From Christensenella sp. UBA1214 (GTDB lineage Bacteria; Bacillota; Clostridia; Christensenellales; CAG-138), in contig DBXK01000012.1 in NCBI GenBank assembly GCA_002309375.1, forward strand, positions 84,009 to 148,008: a stretch of 64,000 nt of DNA, given 5' to 3'. The notes beneath the pieces were generated by a model, which had not been told where the DNA came from, ran no database searches, and saw nothing but the letters and a program-made list of their open reading frames with translations. Positions 1 through 9,143 of the stretch are shown one piece after another. The first letter of the stretch is position 1; every line of letters begins with the position of its first letter. The position numbers and the translations under genes were made by a program.

Positions 1-627
1 CAGTATGCGATCAGCACCAAGCAGGATCTCTGGTTCTCCACGAAGGACACCATCTCCAAGAAGTATGACCATACCTTCAAGGATATCTTCCAGAGGATCT
101 ACGATGAGAAATATAAGGCGAAGTTCGAAGAGCTCGGCCTGACCTATTTCTACACCCTCATCGACGACGCAGTTGCCCGTGTTATCCGCTCCAACGGCGG
201 CTTCATCTGGGCTCTGAAGAACTACGACGGCGACGTTATGAGCGACATGGTCGCGACCGCCTTCGGCAGCCTCGCGATGATGACCAGCGTTCTCGTTTCG
301 CCCGACGGCAATTATGAGTATGAAGCGGCGCACGGCACCGTCACCAAGCACTACTACAAGCACCTTGCCGGCGAATCCACCTCCACCAACTCCATGGCGA
401 CGATCTTCGCATGGAGCGGCGCGCTCCGCAAGAGGGGCGAGCTGGACAACCTGCCGGAGCTCATCAACTTCGCGAATATGCTTGAGAAGGCTTCGCTCGA
501 GACCATCCAGGCCGGCTTCATGACCAAGGACCTCGCTCTGCTGGCGGATATGGAGAACAAGACCATCTGCACCACCGACGGCTTCATCAAGAAGATCCGC
601 GAGAGGCTGGAGCAGCTGCTCGCATAA
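1..627 (+). CDS. icd: NADP-dependent isocitrate dehydrogenase, C-terminal ~208 aa (5' end lies outside the window)
   Basis: Frame 1 is open from base 1 to the TAA at 625-627. The translation ([24 protein letters not shown]...[12 protein letters not shown]...[11 protein letters not shown]...[11 protein letters not shown]) resembles IDH1/2-type NADP-IDH. The ORF track shows only the internal Met at 238. Confidence 0.85.
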   Translation, partial: QYAISTKQDLWFSTKDTISKKYDHTFKDIFQRIYDEKYKAKFEELGLTYFYTLIDDAVARVIRSNGGFIWALKNYDGDVMSDMVATAFGSLAMMTSVLVSPDGNYEYEAAHGTVTKHYYKHLAGESTSTNSMATIFAWSGALRKRGELDNLPELINFANMLEKASLETIQAGFMTKDLALLADMENKTICTTDGFIKKIRERLEQLLA

Positions 628-651
628 GATCAAACGGAACGGAGAAAGCAA

Positions 652-1155
652 ATGAGTCTGTACGATCAGTGGCGAGCCCATACGGAAAGCAAGGACGAAG
701 CAGCTGTCCATGCTTTCTGGAACAGGTATTTCGCCGAAGAGACCGAAGCATACAGGAAGATCCTTGCGGAACCCGAAAAGAAGATCGCCGGCAAAGCGAG
801 CGAGCTTGCGGCTTCCTTCGATATGGAGGAATCGATCTTCGCCGGCTTCCTCGACGGCATCAATTCGAGCCTCAAAACGCCCCTTGACATCGACAGCATC
901 GAAGCGGACAGCGAGATCGAGCTCGATATCGATTTCGAAAAGCTGTATTTCAATATGCGCGATGCAAAGGCCGAGTGGCTGTTCAACCTCAAGGAATGGG
1001 ACGGCGTCCTTTCCGAAGAAAAGCGGCACGAGATCACCAAGAATTGGCGCATCTCCAAGCAGTTCATCGCCGGAGCAAAGGTCGGCCCGAACGATCCCTG
1101 CCCCTGCGGAAGCGGCAAGAAATACAAAAAGTGCTGCGGAAGGTCCGCCGACTGA
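652..1155 (+). CDS. SEC-C motif domain protein, function unknown
   Basis: 167-aa ORF ending in [15 protein letters not shown], the SEC-C metal-binding motif. An RBS-like GGAGAAAG lies upstream. Confidence 0.6.
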   Translation: MSLYDQWRAHTESKDEAAVHAFWNRYFAEETEAYRKILAEPEKKIAGKASELAASFDMEESIFAGFLDGINSSLKTPLDIDSIEADSEIELDIDFEKLYFNMRDAKAEWLFNLKEWDGVLSEEKRHEITKNWRISKQFIAGAKVGPNDPCPCGSGKKYKKCCGRSAD

Positions 1156-1172
1156 CAGCCCGAATAATGCTC

Positions 1173-1203
1173 CCGCCGTTCGCTCCTGCGGACGGCGGTT
1201 TTA
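1173..1203 (+). terminator. Rho-independent terminator after the SEC-C gene
   Basis: Stem CCGCCGT / ACGGCGG (1173-1198) followed by TTTT. Confidence 0.6.
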
Positions 1204-1222
1204 GTTTCCGAAAAAAGCCCGC

Positions 1223-1250
1223 TTGCTTTTTTTGCCGCCTCGTGTATAAT
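1223..1250 (+). promoter_or_regulatory. Candidate sigma-A promoter for lplA
   Basis: TTGCTT, 16 nt, TATAAT (1245-1250), about 30 nt upstream of the ATG at 1280. The RBS is GGAGG. Confidence 0.4.
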
Positions 1251-1279
1251 TGGTTTGACCGAATGGATAGGAGGCGCGC

Positions 1280-2281
1280 ATGGCGAATTATATCTGCATC
1301 TCGAGATCGGGCGACGGCTTTCTCAACCTCGCACGGGACGGCTTTTTCCTCGATAACGTCAAAAAGGGCGACGTGATCCTTTACTTTTTCGTCAATAAGC
1401 GCGCGGTGATCATCGGGCGGAATCAGAACGCCTGGAAGGAATGCAGTCTGCCCGCTCTCGAGAGGGACGGCGTTCAGCTCGTGCGGCGGCATACGGGCGG
1501 CGGAGCGGTCTACCACGACGAAGGAAATTTGAACTTTTCCTTCATCATGCATGAGAGCGATTATGATCTCGACCGGCAGATGCGCGTCATCGTCTCCGCT
1601 GTGGAGAGCTTCGGCGTGAAGACCGAGCTTTCGGGCCGCAACGATGTTTTGATCGACGGAAGAAAATTTTCCGGCAATGCCTACGGCCTTGCGAAGGGCA
1701 ACCGCTCCCACCACGGGACGCTGCTTGTGAACGCCGATCTTTCGCGTATCGGCGATTATCTGAACGTATCGCAGGCGAAGATGCGCGCAAAGGGCGTTGA
1801 GAGCGTCCGCTCGCGCGTCTGTAACCTTTCGGACTATGTTCCCGGTATTTCGGTCGCTGCCGTGCGAAAAGCCGTTCTGGAGGCATTTAAGGCCGAATAC
1901 GGCGGCGCGGAGAATTATGCCTTCACGGATGCGAAAAGGGCGGAGATCAAAGCGCGCAGAAAGATCCAGCAAAGCTGGGAATGGCGCTTCGGCAAAACCC
2001 CGGAATTCGACTATACGCTCGATCATCGCTTTCCCTTCGGCGAAATGCAGCTGCACTTCAATCTGAAGGAGGGCAGGGTGCGGAATATCAAGGTCTATTC
2101 GGACTGCCTCGATACAGGGCTCGTTTCCCGCGTTGAAGAAGCGCTTGCGGGCTGCCGTTTCGAAAGCGAAGCGCTTTCGGCGGCAATGACCGACTATATC
2201 GGCAAAAACCCGGATCAAAATAAGGCGGAACTTGCACAAATTTCCGACTATTTGAAGGAAAACGGACCGGAAAAAAGCTGA
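1280..2281 (+). CDS. lplA: Lipoate-protein ligase A
   Basis: 333 aa with LplA-type motifs (RRHTGGGAVYHDEGNLNFSF; KFSGNA) and the typical C-terminal accessory domain. Confidence 0.85.
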   Translation: MANYICISRSGDGFLNLARDGFFLDNVKKGDVILYFFVNKRAVIIGRNQNAWKECSLPALERDGVQLVRRHTGGGAVYHDEGNLNFSFIMHESDYDLDRQMRVIVSAVESFGVKTELSGRNDVLIDGRKFSGNAYGLAKGNRSHHGTLLVNADLSRIGDYLNVSQAKMRAKGVESVRSRVCNLSDYVPGISVAAVRKAVLEAFKAEYGGAENYAFTDAKRAEIKARRKIQQSWEWRFGKTPEFDYTLDHRFPFGEMQLHFNLKEGRVRNIKVYSDCLDTGLVSRVEEALAGCRFESEALSAAMTDYIGKNPDQNKAELAQISDYLKENGPEKS

Positions 2282-2418
2282 AAAAAGCGGAACGATCGCG
2301 AATGATTTATTACTGTAATAAAATAAATGTCGATATTGTAACAAAGATGCAAACATTCGGCGCGGCAGGATAAGCGCCGAAGGCGGTTGAAATTTAAAAA
2401 TCTGTTAAAACCTGCAGG

Positions 2419-2447
2419 TTGAGAAATACGTTATAATTATGTATAAT
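2419..2447 (+). promoter_or_regulatory. Candidate sigma-A promoter for lon
   Basis: TTGAGA (2419-2424), 17 nt, TATAAT (2442-2447). The leader contains a GC-rich imperfect palindrome (GGCGGGGGAGAGCGAGCTCACTCCGCCC). Confidence 0.55.
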
Positions 2448-2500
2448 CACGATGAACGGCGGGGGAGAGCGAGCTCACTCCGCCCGAAAGGAACGAAGAT

Positions 2501-4897
2501 ATGGAAGAATTGAAAAAGAACGAAGAATACATAATGATCCCCGTTGTGCCGCTGCGGGGCCTTGTTGTGCTGCCGTATTCGGCGATGAGCTTCGACGTCG
2601 GCCGCGAAAAGAGCATGGCCGCAATCAACGCCGCCGCCGCGCAGGACGGCTATGTGATGCTTTGCGCGCAGACCGATGCGAAAAAGACGGAAGCGGATCC
2701 CGAAGAGATCCACAGGATCGGCTGCCTCTGCAGGGTCAAGGGCAGGGAAAAGCTCGACGGCGGAACGCTCCGCGTGCTCGTCGAGGGCGTCTCCCGCGCC
2801 GAAGCCGACGAATTCATCCCGTTCACGAGCCTTGAGTTCGGCGAATACCTTGCCGCGAACCTGCACCTTCTGACGGAGGAGGAACCGACTCCCGCCGAAA
2901 GGGAAGCGCCTTTCCGCAAGGAGATCAACGATAAATGCACCCAATTCGCCGAAAAGATCGGCAACGCGCAGCTCAAAACGACGCTCGCGTTCGTTGCAAG
3001 GTCTTCCGGCGAGAATGAATACGTTTTCCGTACTGCGAATATCTTCCTGCAAAAGCCGGAGGATCGCCAGACGATCCTTGAAGCTGCGACCTATACCGAC
3101 CGCTGCCTGACGCTCATCCGCATCATGACCCGCGAATTCGAAGTGCTGGAGCTTAAGAAGAAGCTCGAGGAAGCCGTCAAGGAAGCGATCGACCGCAACC
3201 AGAAGGAATACTTCCTCCGGGAGCAGATCAAGGCGGCGCAGAAGGAGCTCGGCGCCGACGAGCAGTCGGAAGCGGAGGAATTCCGCGAGAAGCTCAACAG
3301 CGGCAAATATCCCGACGATATCCGCACAAAGCTCGAGAAGGAGATCACGCGCTTCGCGTCGTTGCCTGCGGGTTCCCACGAGAGCCCGTCGATGCGCACC
3401 TATATCGAAACGATGCTGGAGCTTCCGTATTACGAGATGAGCGAGGATAATCTCGACGTCGACAACGCAAGGAAGATCCTCGACGAGGATCATTACGGCC
3501 TCGAGAAGGTCAAACAGCGCATCATCGAATACCTCGCCGTCGGCAAGCTGACGGGGAAGATCAACGGCCAGATCATCTGCTTCGTCGGCCCTCCGGGCGT
3601 CGGCAAGACCTCTGTCTCGGCTTCGATCGCAAGGGCGCTCGGCAGAAAGTTCGTGCGCATGAGTCTTGGCGGCATCCGCGACGAGGCGGAGATCCGCGGC
3701 CACAGGCGGACCTATATCGGCGCGATGCCGGGCCGCATCATTAATGCGATGAAGCAGGCCGGCACGGTGAACCCTGTGCTGCTCTTCGACGAGATCGACA
3801 AGCTTGCGCAGGATAACCACGGCGACCCCTCGGCGGCGATGCTGGAGGTGCTTGACAGCGCCCAGAATTTCGCCTTCCGCGACCATTTCCTCGAGGTGCC
3901 GTACGATCTTTCAAAGGTGCTTTTCATCACCACGGCGAATAATCCCGCCGGGATCCCGCGGCCGCTGCTCGACCGAATGGAGATCATCGAAGTTCCGAGC
4001 TATCTTTCGAATGAAAAGATCGAGATCGCCGCGGGGCATCTCATTCCGCGCCAGCTCGAAAAGCACGGCCTGACGAAGAAAATGATCAGCATCCCGCGCG
4101 AAACGATCAGCGAGACCATCAACGGCTACACCCGTGAAGCGGGCGTGCGCAGCCTTGAAAGGCAGATCGCGGCGCTTTGCAGGAAGGCCGCCTGCGATAT
4201 TGCGAAGGGCAAAAAGCGGATCGTCGTAACGAAAAAGAAGCTCGTTGAATACCTCGGCGCGCCGAAGTTCAGCTTCGAACCCGCAGAGAAAGAGCCGGAA
4301 GTCGGCCTCGTCAACGGCCTTGCCTGGACAAGCGTAGGCGGCGAAACGCTGGAGATCGAAGCCGCGGCGCTGCCCGGCGGCGGAAAGCTCGAACTCACCG
4401 GTCAGCTCGGCGACGTGATGCAGGAAAGCGCAAAGGCGGCGATCACCTGCATACGCGAGCGTGCAAACGGGCTCGGCCTTGCGAGCGATTTCTACGGCAA
4501 AACGGACGTGCATATCCATATCCCGGAAGGCGCAGTGCCGAAGGACGGGCCTTCCGCGGGCATCGCGCTTCTGACGGCGGTCACGAGCGCGCTCACCGGC
4601 ATCCCGGTCAAAGCGGCGCTTGCGATGACGGGCGAGATCACGCTTCGCGGCAGAGTTCTGCCGATCGGCGGCCTCCGCGAAAAGCTGCTTGCGGCCGTCC
4701 GCGCGGGGATCACGACCGTGCTCGTTCCCGAAAAGAACAGGAAGGACGTTGCGGAAGTGCCGAAGGATATCACCGATGCGCTGACGATCGTCTATGTGAG
4801 CGACGTTGACGAAGTGCTGCGCGCTTCGCTCGTCCGCATGCCGCAGCGCACGATCCCGATGCCCGAAACGCATATCGGCGTCGGCGCGCCCGCCTGA
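2501..4897 (+). CDS. lon: ATP-dependent Lon protease (endopeptidase La)
   Basis: 798 aa with a Lon N-domain, AAA+ Walker A GPPGVGKTS, Walker B LLFDEIDK, and a C-terminal protease domain containing PKDGPSAG (catalytic Ser). Confidence 0.95.
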   Translation: MEELKKNEEYIMIPVVPLRGLVVLPYSAMSFDVGREKSMAAINAAAAQDGYVMLCAQTDAKKTEADPEEIHRIGCLCRVKGREKLDGGTLRVLVEGVSRAEADEFIPFTSLEFGEYLAANLHLLTEEEPTPAEREAPFRKEINDKCTQFAEKIGNAQLKTTLAFVARSSGENEYVFRTANIFLQKPEDRQTILEAATYTDRCLTLIRIMTREFEVLELKKKLEEAVKEAIDRNQKEYFLREQIKAAQKELGADEQSEAEEFREKLNSGKYPDDIRTKLEKEITRFASLPAGSHESPSMRTYIETMLELPYYEMSEDNLDVDNARKILDEDHYGLEKVKQRIIEYLAVGKLTGKINGQIICFVGPPGVGKTSVSASIARALGRKFVRMSLGGIRDEAEIRGHRRTYIGAMPGRIINAMKQAGTVNPVLLFDEIDKLAQDNHGDPSAAMLEVLDSAQNFAFRDHFLEVPYDLSKVLFITTANNPAGIPRPLLDRMEIIEVPSYLSNEKIEIAAGHLIPRQLEKHGLTKKMISIPRETISETINGYTREAGVRSLERQIAALCRKAACDIAKGKKRIVVTKKKLVEYLGAPKFSFEPAEKEPEVGLVNGLAWTSVGGETLEIEAAALPGGGKLELTGQLGDVMQESAKAAITCIRERANGLGLASDFYGKTDVHIHIPEGAVPKDGPSAGIALLTAVTSALTGIPVKAALAMTGEITLRGRVLPIGGLREKLLAAVRAGITTVLVPEKNRKDVAEVPKDITDALTIVYVSDVDEVLRASLVRMPQRTIPMPETHIGVGAPA

Positions 4898-4993
4898 TCG
4901 AATCAATTTCAAAAAAACGAATAAGCCCTCCGTGAATGCAGGATAATAAGAACGCAGCGAAAACTGCGGACTACTCATCACGGAGGGCATTTT

Positions 4994-5290
4994 ATGCAAT
5001 CAAGGAACTACAACGGCAGCACCGGCGGGAACGATCCGTTTTTCCGTTCGAATCCGACAGGAAGCATGAACTGGAATACGGAAGCGGCGTCATCCGTCGG
5101 AACAATGGACACGAAGGATCTTTCGATCCTTCAGGATGAGATGCACACCGAAGCACTCCTCTATAAGAAATGCTCGGTCTATTCGGGTTATTTCAATGAT
5201 CCGGCGCTCAAGGACGTCGCCAACAGGGCGGCTGAGCACCACCGCAGGCATTTTGATTCCCTGCACGGCTATCTGAACGCAAGCAACTGA
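4994..5290 (+). CDS. Spore coat protein F-like (Coat_F domain) protein
   Basis: 98 aa, RBS GGAGGG. The C-terminal part (DLSILQDEMHTEALLYKKCSVYSGYFNDPALKDVANRAAEHHRRHFDSL) resembles the Coat_F four-helix family. Confidence 0.5.
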   Translation: MQSRNYNGSTGGNDPFFRSNPTGSMNWNTEAASSVGTMDTKDLSILQDEMHTEALLYKKCSVYSGYFNDPALKDVANRAAEHHRRHFDSLHGYLNASN

Positions 5291-5302
5291 GGAGGAAACG
5301 AT

Positions 5303-5578
5303 ATGCAGAATTCATCCATGACTGAACAGGAGCTTCTTACCGATCTGCTCCATTCCGAGCGTGCGGCGATAAAGCAGTACGCCGAAAACTGCACCGAATC
5401 CGGGTGCATGAACCTCCGCAGCCTGCTCATCGACTGCATGAGCGAATGCTCGGAGGACCAGTATGCGATCTTCGATCAGATGAAGCAGCGCAATCTTTAT
5501 AAGACGAAACCTGCGCAGCAGCAGGAGATCCGGACCGCGAAGCAGGATATGACCTCCCTGCAGCAGCAGACCTGGTAA
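5303..5578 (+). CDS. Spore coat protein F-like (Coat_F domain) protein
   Basis: 91 aa, RBS GAGGAGG. TEQELLTDLLHSERAAIKQYAENCTESGCMNLRSLLIDCMSECSEDQYAIFDQM is typical of the CotF family. Confidence 0.6.
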   Translation: MQNSSMTEQELLTDLLHSERAAIKQYAENCTESGCMNLRSLLIDCMSECSEDQYAIFDQMKQRNLYKTKPAQQQEIRTAKQDMTSLQQQTW

Positions 5579-5591
5579 AAGCTTCCGGCGC

Positions 5592-5632
5592 AAAAGGCTC
5601 CTTCGCGAAAAGCGGGGGAGCTTTTCTTTTTT
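5592..5632 (+). terminator. Rho-independent terminator after the CotF-like pair
   Basis: Imperfect long stem (AAAAGGCTCC...GGGAGCTTTT) followed by CTTTTTTC. Confidence 0.55.
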
Positions 5633-5682
5633 CATGCAGAAGAGCGGAATGAAAATATATTATTAAAAACGCAAAATATCAC

Positions 5683-5711
5683 TTGACACATAATACTATG
5701 TGATGTATAGT
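5683..5711 (+). promoter_or_regulatory. Sigma-A promoter of the padR operon with embedded inverted repeats (candidate PadR operator)
   Basis: TTGACA (5683-5688), 17 nt, TATAGT (5706-5711). The spacer holds CACATA-ATAC-TATGTG, and ATACTAT-N7-ATAGTAT overlaps the -10. Confidence 0.55.
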
Positions 5712-5735
5712 ATTATGCGAAGGGAGGCAAGAGCC

Positions 5736-6062
5736 ATGGATATTCAACTCAAAAGAGGTCTGCTCGACGTCTGCGTGCTTTCGGCGGTAAAGGGGCGTGA
5801 TTCCTACGGTTATCGGATCGTGAAGGATATAAAGCCCTTTGTGGAGATCTCCGAATCGACGCTTTATCCGATCCTGAAGCGGCTTGAGGCCGCGGGTCAG
5901 GTCACGGTGCGCTCGGCGGAGCATAACGGCAGGCTCAGGAAGTATTACAGAATCACCGAGGCCGGTCTTGAAAGGATCGAGGCCTTCAACCGCGAATGGA
6001 GCGAGATGATCGCGATCTACAATTTTGTCAACAGGGAGGAAGAAAACAATGCTGAAGAATGA
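5736..6062 (+). CDS. PadR family transcriptional regulator
   Basis: Start moved to the ATG at 5736 behind the RBS GAAGGGAGG, because the track start at 5700 lies inside the promoter. LKRGLLDVCVLSAVKGRDSYGYRIVKDI...STLYPILKRLEAAGQV is a classic PadR winged helix. Confidence 0.85.
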   Translation: MDIQLKRGLLDVCVLSAVKGRDSYGYRIVKDIKPFVEISESTLYPILKRLEAAGQVTVRSAEHNGRLRKYYRITEAGLERIEAFNREWSEMIAIYNFVNREEENNAEE

Positions 6063-7179
6063 ATTTTTGACTGCGCTCAGGGAGAATCTCACATCTCTTC
6101 CGCAGGAGGATCTTGAAAGGGTGCTCGATTATTACAGTGAGATCATCGATGACTGCATGGAGGACGGCATGACGGAGGAGGAAGCGACGGCGGAGATCGG
6201 CTCCGTTCAGGAAGCGATCGCGAACGTGCTTTCAACAAACCCCGAAAGAGCCGTTGAAACAGTGAAAGAAAAAACGATAGTGAGCGCCAACGGCGCTTCA
6301 TACAACGGATCGCCGTTCCGTTCGATCCGCGTCAATGAGCGCGAATGCGATGTGATCATGCTGCCTTCGGCGGACGGGATGACCCGGGTCGAATGGTCCG
6401 AGAAGCTGCCGCATACCGCGGAAGTGATCGAAGGCGTTTTGACCATCCGCCGCGAAGAAAAAAGGAAGCTCGGCTTATTTATGATGAGCTTCAAAAACGA
6501 GGATGCAAGGCTGCTGATCACAATTCCCGCCGGCGAATACTCGGAGCTCGGCATTTCGACAGCGAGCGGCGATGTTAAGATCCCCGGGGATTTTTCCTTC
6601 GGTACGGTAGATGTTCACAGCGCGAGCGGCGATATCGAATTCCGCGCTTCCGTCAGCGGGAGCATGCGCGTCAAATCCACGAGCGGCGATGTGACCGTTG
6701 AAGACACGGACGCCGGATCCGCGGAGATCGGCTCCGTCAGCGGCGACGTTGAGGCGGAGGGCATAAACACCCCCGGCAGCTTCAGCCTCAAAACCATAAG
6801 CGGAGATCTAAGAGTCCGCAATTCCGCCTGCGGTGAGTTCACAGCCAAAACCGTCAGCGGCGACCTTGAGCTTGACGCTCTGCGCTGCGCCGACTGCACT
6901 GGAGAGACGGTCAGCGGCGATCTGAATGCGGAAGGCCTGAACGCGCAAAATACGCTTCGGTTTGTCAGCACGAGCGGCGACATCAGGTTCGGACGCTCCG
7001 ATGCAGGCAGCATCAGCATCAGGACTTTGAGCGGCAGCGTGCGCGGCAGCCTGCGCACCGGGAAGATGTTCCACTGCACCTCGAGAAGCGGCAGCGTGAA
7101 CGTTCCTGCGCCGACCGAGGGCGGCGCCTGCGAAGTCAGCACGATCAGCGGCAGTATCCGGCTGAGCGTTGAAAGTTAA
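6049..7179 (+). CDS. DUF1700 (N-terminal) / DUF4097 (C-terminal beta-helix) membrane protein, PadR partner
   Basis: Start at 6049 (RBS GGGAGGAAG) overlaps the padR stop. The N-terminus FLTALRENLTSLPQEDLERVLDYYSEIIDD is DUF1700-like. The C-terminal half is about 12 periodic SGD(V/I/L) repeats. Confidence 0.7.
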   Translation: MLKNEFLTALRENLTSLPQEDLERVLDYYSEIIDDCMEDGMTEEEATAEIGSVQEAIANVLSTNPERAVETVKEKTIVSANGASYNGSPFRSIRVNERECDVIMLPSADGMTRVEWSEKLPHTAEVIEGVLTIRREEKRKLGLFMMSFKNEDARLLITIPAGEYSELGISTASGDVKIPGDFSFGTVDVHSASGDIEFRASVSGSMRVKSTSGDVTVEDTDAGSAEIGSVSGDVEAEGINTPGSFSLKTISGDLRVRNSACGEFTAKTVSGDLELDALRCADCTGETVSGDLNAEGLNAQNTLRFVSTSGDIRFGRSDAGSISIRTLSGSVRGSLRTGKMFHCTSRSGSVNVPAPTEGGACEVSTISGSIRLSVES

Positions 7180-7203
7180 AGTACCATAGATTTGTTCGCA
7201 TAG

Positions 7204-7250
7204 AAAAACAGCGGAGAATGGCTACCTCCTCCGCTGTTTTCGTTATTTTA
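7204..7250. terminator. Bidirectional rho-independent terminator between convergent operons
   Basis: Perfect 12-bp stem AAAACAGCGGAG / CTCCGCTGTTTT (7205-7216 / 7229-7240). It is flanked by an A-run on one side and a T-run on the other. Confidence 0.7.
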
Positions 7251-7259
7251 ATTGCTGCT

Positions 7260-8486
7260 TCAGTCGATGATGCCGTAGCGCCTCAGGAGCGCGATCCTGT
7301 CCCTGCCGATGCGCACGCTCTCGGAAGCCTTGACATTCTTTGAACGCTTTGATTTAAAAGCGTAGGAGCAGCCGCGCTGCACCCAGGCGACGGGCAATAG
7401 GAAGCGATGCTTTTTGAGATAGCGGTATCTGCCTTCGAGCGACTTTACGGGCAGAAAAACGGAGCGCAGTGCGCCGCCGGAGCGTTTACCCTTTTTGCTT
7501 GCGGCAACGGCGTTGAGCGTCATTGTGCTCGAATGCGCACGGTTTATATCCTCAACACCATAGAGGCCTCCGGAAAGGATGTCCTCGAGAAGCGGCATTT
7601 CATCGGATTCGACCGAACGGAATACTTCGGGGAAACCGAAGCCGAGATGCTTTTCGCCGATCGAAAAGAGTGCGGCGGCATAGCGTTCGATACGAAGAGC
7701 TTTGCATTCGCGGAAGACGCGTGAGTAATCGATCTCTTCGGAGTATTTCTCGGAAAAGATCGCGATATCGCAAACCATGCGTATGCCGAATCCGCCGTGC
7801 AGAAAATGCTTGTAGGCATGGAGGATCAGATAGAGCAGATGATCGGTCGGAGAAAGAGTCCGAAAATCGCAGCCGTTTATTCGGACCGTGACAGTGCGGT
7901 CACCGGCGCCATCGAAAACGGTGTTGCAGTCGCCGTAGGCGTCGGAATCCTTCGGCAGCGGGGTGGAATGAAGCTCGATATAGATCGATCCGTCCTCGCT
8001 CTTGTAGGCCGTCTCATCGGCCTCGGCAGGGTCGCCGATCTCACCAAATGGCACGAGCCCGTAATCGAGCATCGCCTGATGGCAGCGTGCAAGCTCACTT
8101 TTCGGGATCAGCAGATCCTCGTCGATCGAAGGACGCTGGCAAGGATTGGGGTACAGCGCGCGGCAGATGACGCCCTTCAGCACGATCGGCCTGAAGCCGA
8201 GCTTGGTAAGATAGCGGTAAATAAGGATCAGATCGGCAGTGCGCTGAGCCTGAGCAAGCGTCAGACGGCGCGCAAAAGCGCTGAGAGCGCCAGTATTGTA
8301 TCCTCCGGAAAGCGCCGCAGGACAGCAATAAACAGCCTCTGCGAGCATCGGAACAACGCTGTGCTCCGCCGCAAGGCTGAATAATCGATGCTGATCCTGT
8401 TTTGAAAGCGGCTCCCGCCACTGCACATGCTCGCCGTGCACGGCGCAGCGCAGGGCTTCAAGGAGCCGCTCGCACTTTCTTTCCAT
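7260..8486 (-). CDS. Nucleotidyltransferase family protein (PF14907 / NTP_transf_5-like)
   Basis: 408 aa. VLKGVICRALYPNPCQRPSIDEDLLIP...IELHSTP...HAYKHF matches the pattern of the uncharacterised nucleotidyltransferase family that accompanies PqqD and HprK-like genes in RiPP clusters. Confidence 0.75.
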   Translation of the reverse strand: MERKCERLLEALRCAVHGEHVQWREPLSKQDQHRLFSLAAEHSVVPMLAEAVYCCPAALSGGYNTGALSAFARRLTLAQAQRTADLILIYRYLTKLGFRPIVLKGVICRALYPNPCQRPSIDEDLLIPKSELARCHQAMLDYGLVPFGEIGDPAEADETAYKSEDGSIYIELHSTPLPKDSDAYGDCNTVFDGAGDRTVTVRINGCDFRTLSPTDHLLYLILHAYKHFLHGGFGIRMVCDIAIFSEKYSEEIDYSRVFRECKALRIERYAAALFSIGEKHLGFGFPEVFRSVESDEMPLLEDILSGGLYGVEDINRAHSSTMTLNAVAASKKGKRSGGALRSVFLPVKSLEGRYRYLKKHRFLLPVAWVQRGCSYAFKSKRSKNVKASESVRIGRDRIALLRRYGIID

Positions 8487-8494
8487 AAAGAAGC

Positions 8495-8851
8495 TTACAG
8501 TCCTCCGGAAGCTTGGCCGGTCGGGATGATGATCTCGATATCGCCGCCGTTCTCGATGATGCCCGAGCTTCCGTCGGGGGTCGCCTCGGGATCTTCGGTC
8601 GCGTCAGGATCGGGCGTTGCTTCGGGGACGTCGGTTTGCAGAGCGGGATCGTCGCCGACCTCGGGGGTTGCGGTCACGTCATCTGTTTTATTCGGATCGG
8701 CCGTTGCATCGTTGGCCGCCGGCTCGGCGGTATCAGCAGCATCGTTGTTTTCGGTTTTGCCGCCGCAGGCGGAAACAAGCAGAACCGAGGTCAGCGCCGC
8801 GAAAAGAAATGCGGCGATGACAAAGAAAGAAACAATCCGTTTAGTTTTCAT
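8495..8851 (-). CDS. Small acidic Thr/Pro/Asp-rich lipoprotein
   Basis: Start set at the ATG at 8851 (MKTKRIVSFFVIAAFLFAALTSVLLVSAC, signal peptide plus lipobox). It overlaps the PqqD stop by 11 nt, and a GGAGGA lies upstream. The mature part is low complexity (EATPDPDATEDPEATPD) with a short C-terminal IIENGGDIEIIIPTGQASGGL. Confidence 0.6.
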   Translation of the reverse strand: MKTKRIVSFFVIAAFLFAALTSVLLVSACGGKTENNDAADTAEPAANDATADPNKTDDVTATPEVGDDPALQTDVPEATPDPDATEDPEATPDGSSGIIENGGDIEIIIPTGQASGGL

Positions 8852-9143
8852 TTTGTGTTTGTTCCTCCGGGATAATGTAGTTGAGTTCAAGCATTTTTGC
8901 GAGAAAAGCGCGGACCGCTTCCTCGGCAGCGGGGATATCGTCGATTTCGTATTCATCACGAACGGCCTGCATGAGCGCAGGAAGATCCGCCCCGTCGATC
9001 AGTCGGTTCCAAAGGAACGCGGAGGTTTCGTTGATCGTTGTCACGTACGGGCAGAGCTTGAGATTCATCTTCGCGGAAACGAGCACATATTCGCCGCAGA
9101 TCTCCGTCAGCACAACGCCCGGCCTTGTTTTATAGCGTTCCAT
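8841..9143 (-). CDS. PqqD-family protein (RiPP recognition element-like peptide-binding protein)
   Basis: Start set at the ATG at 9143 (MERYK) behind GGAGGTG, overlapping the kinase stop by 14 nt. The 100-aa sequence GVVLTEICGEYVLVS...INETSAFLWNRLIDGADLPALMQAVRDEYEID...AEEAVRAFLAKMLELNYI is a typical PqqD/B1 fold signature. Confidence 0.8.
   Translation of the reverse strand: MERYKTRPGVVLTEICGEYVLVSAKMNLKLCPYVTTINETSAFLWNRLIDGADLPALMQAVRDEYEIDDIPAAEEAVRAFLAKMLELNYIIPEEQTQNEN

Noticed and set aside
1064-4999. Long minus-strand ORFs (1064-2356, 2447-3886, 3911-4999) opposite lplA and lon
   Set aside because: They are antisense to genes with unmistakable family motifs. Their translations are Arg/Ala/Leu/Asp-rich low-information sequence, typical of shadow ORFs in ~60% GC DNA, with no RBS or promoter context.
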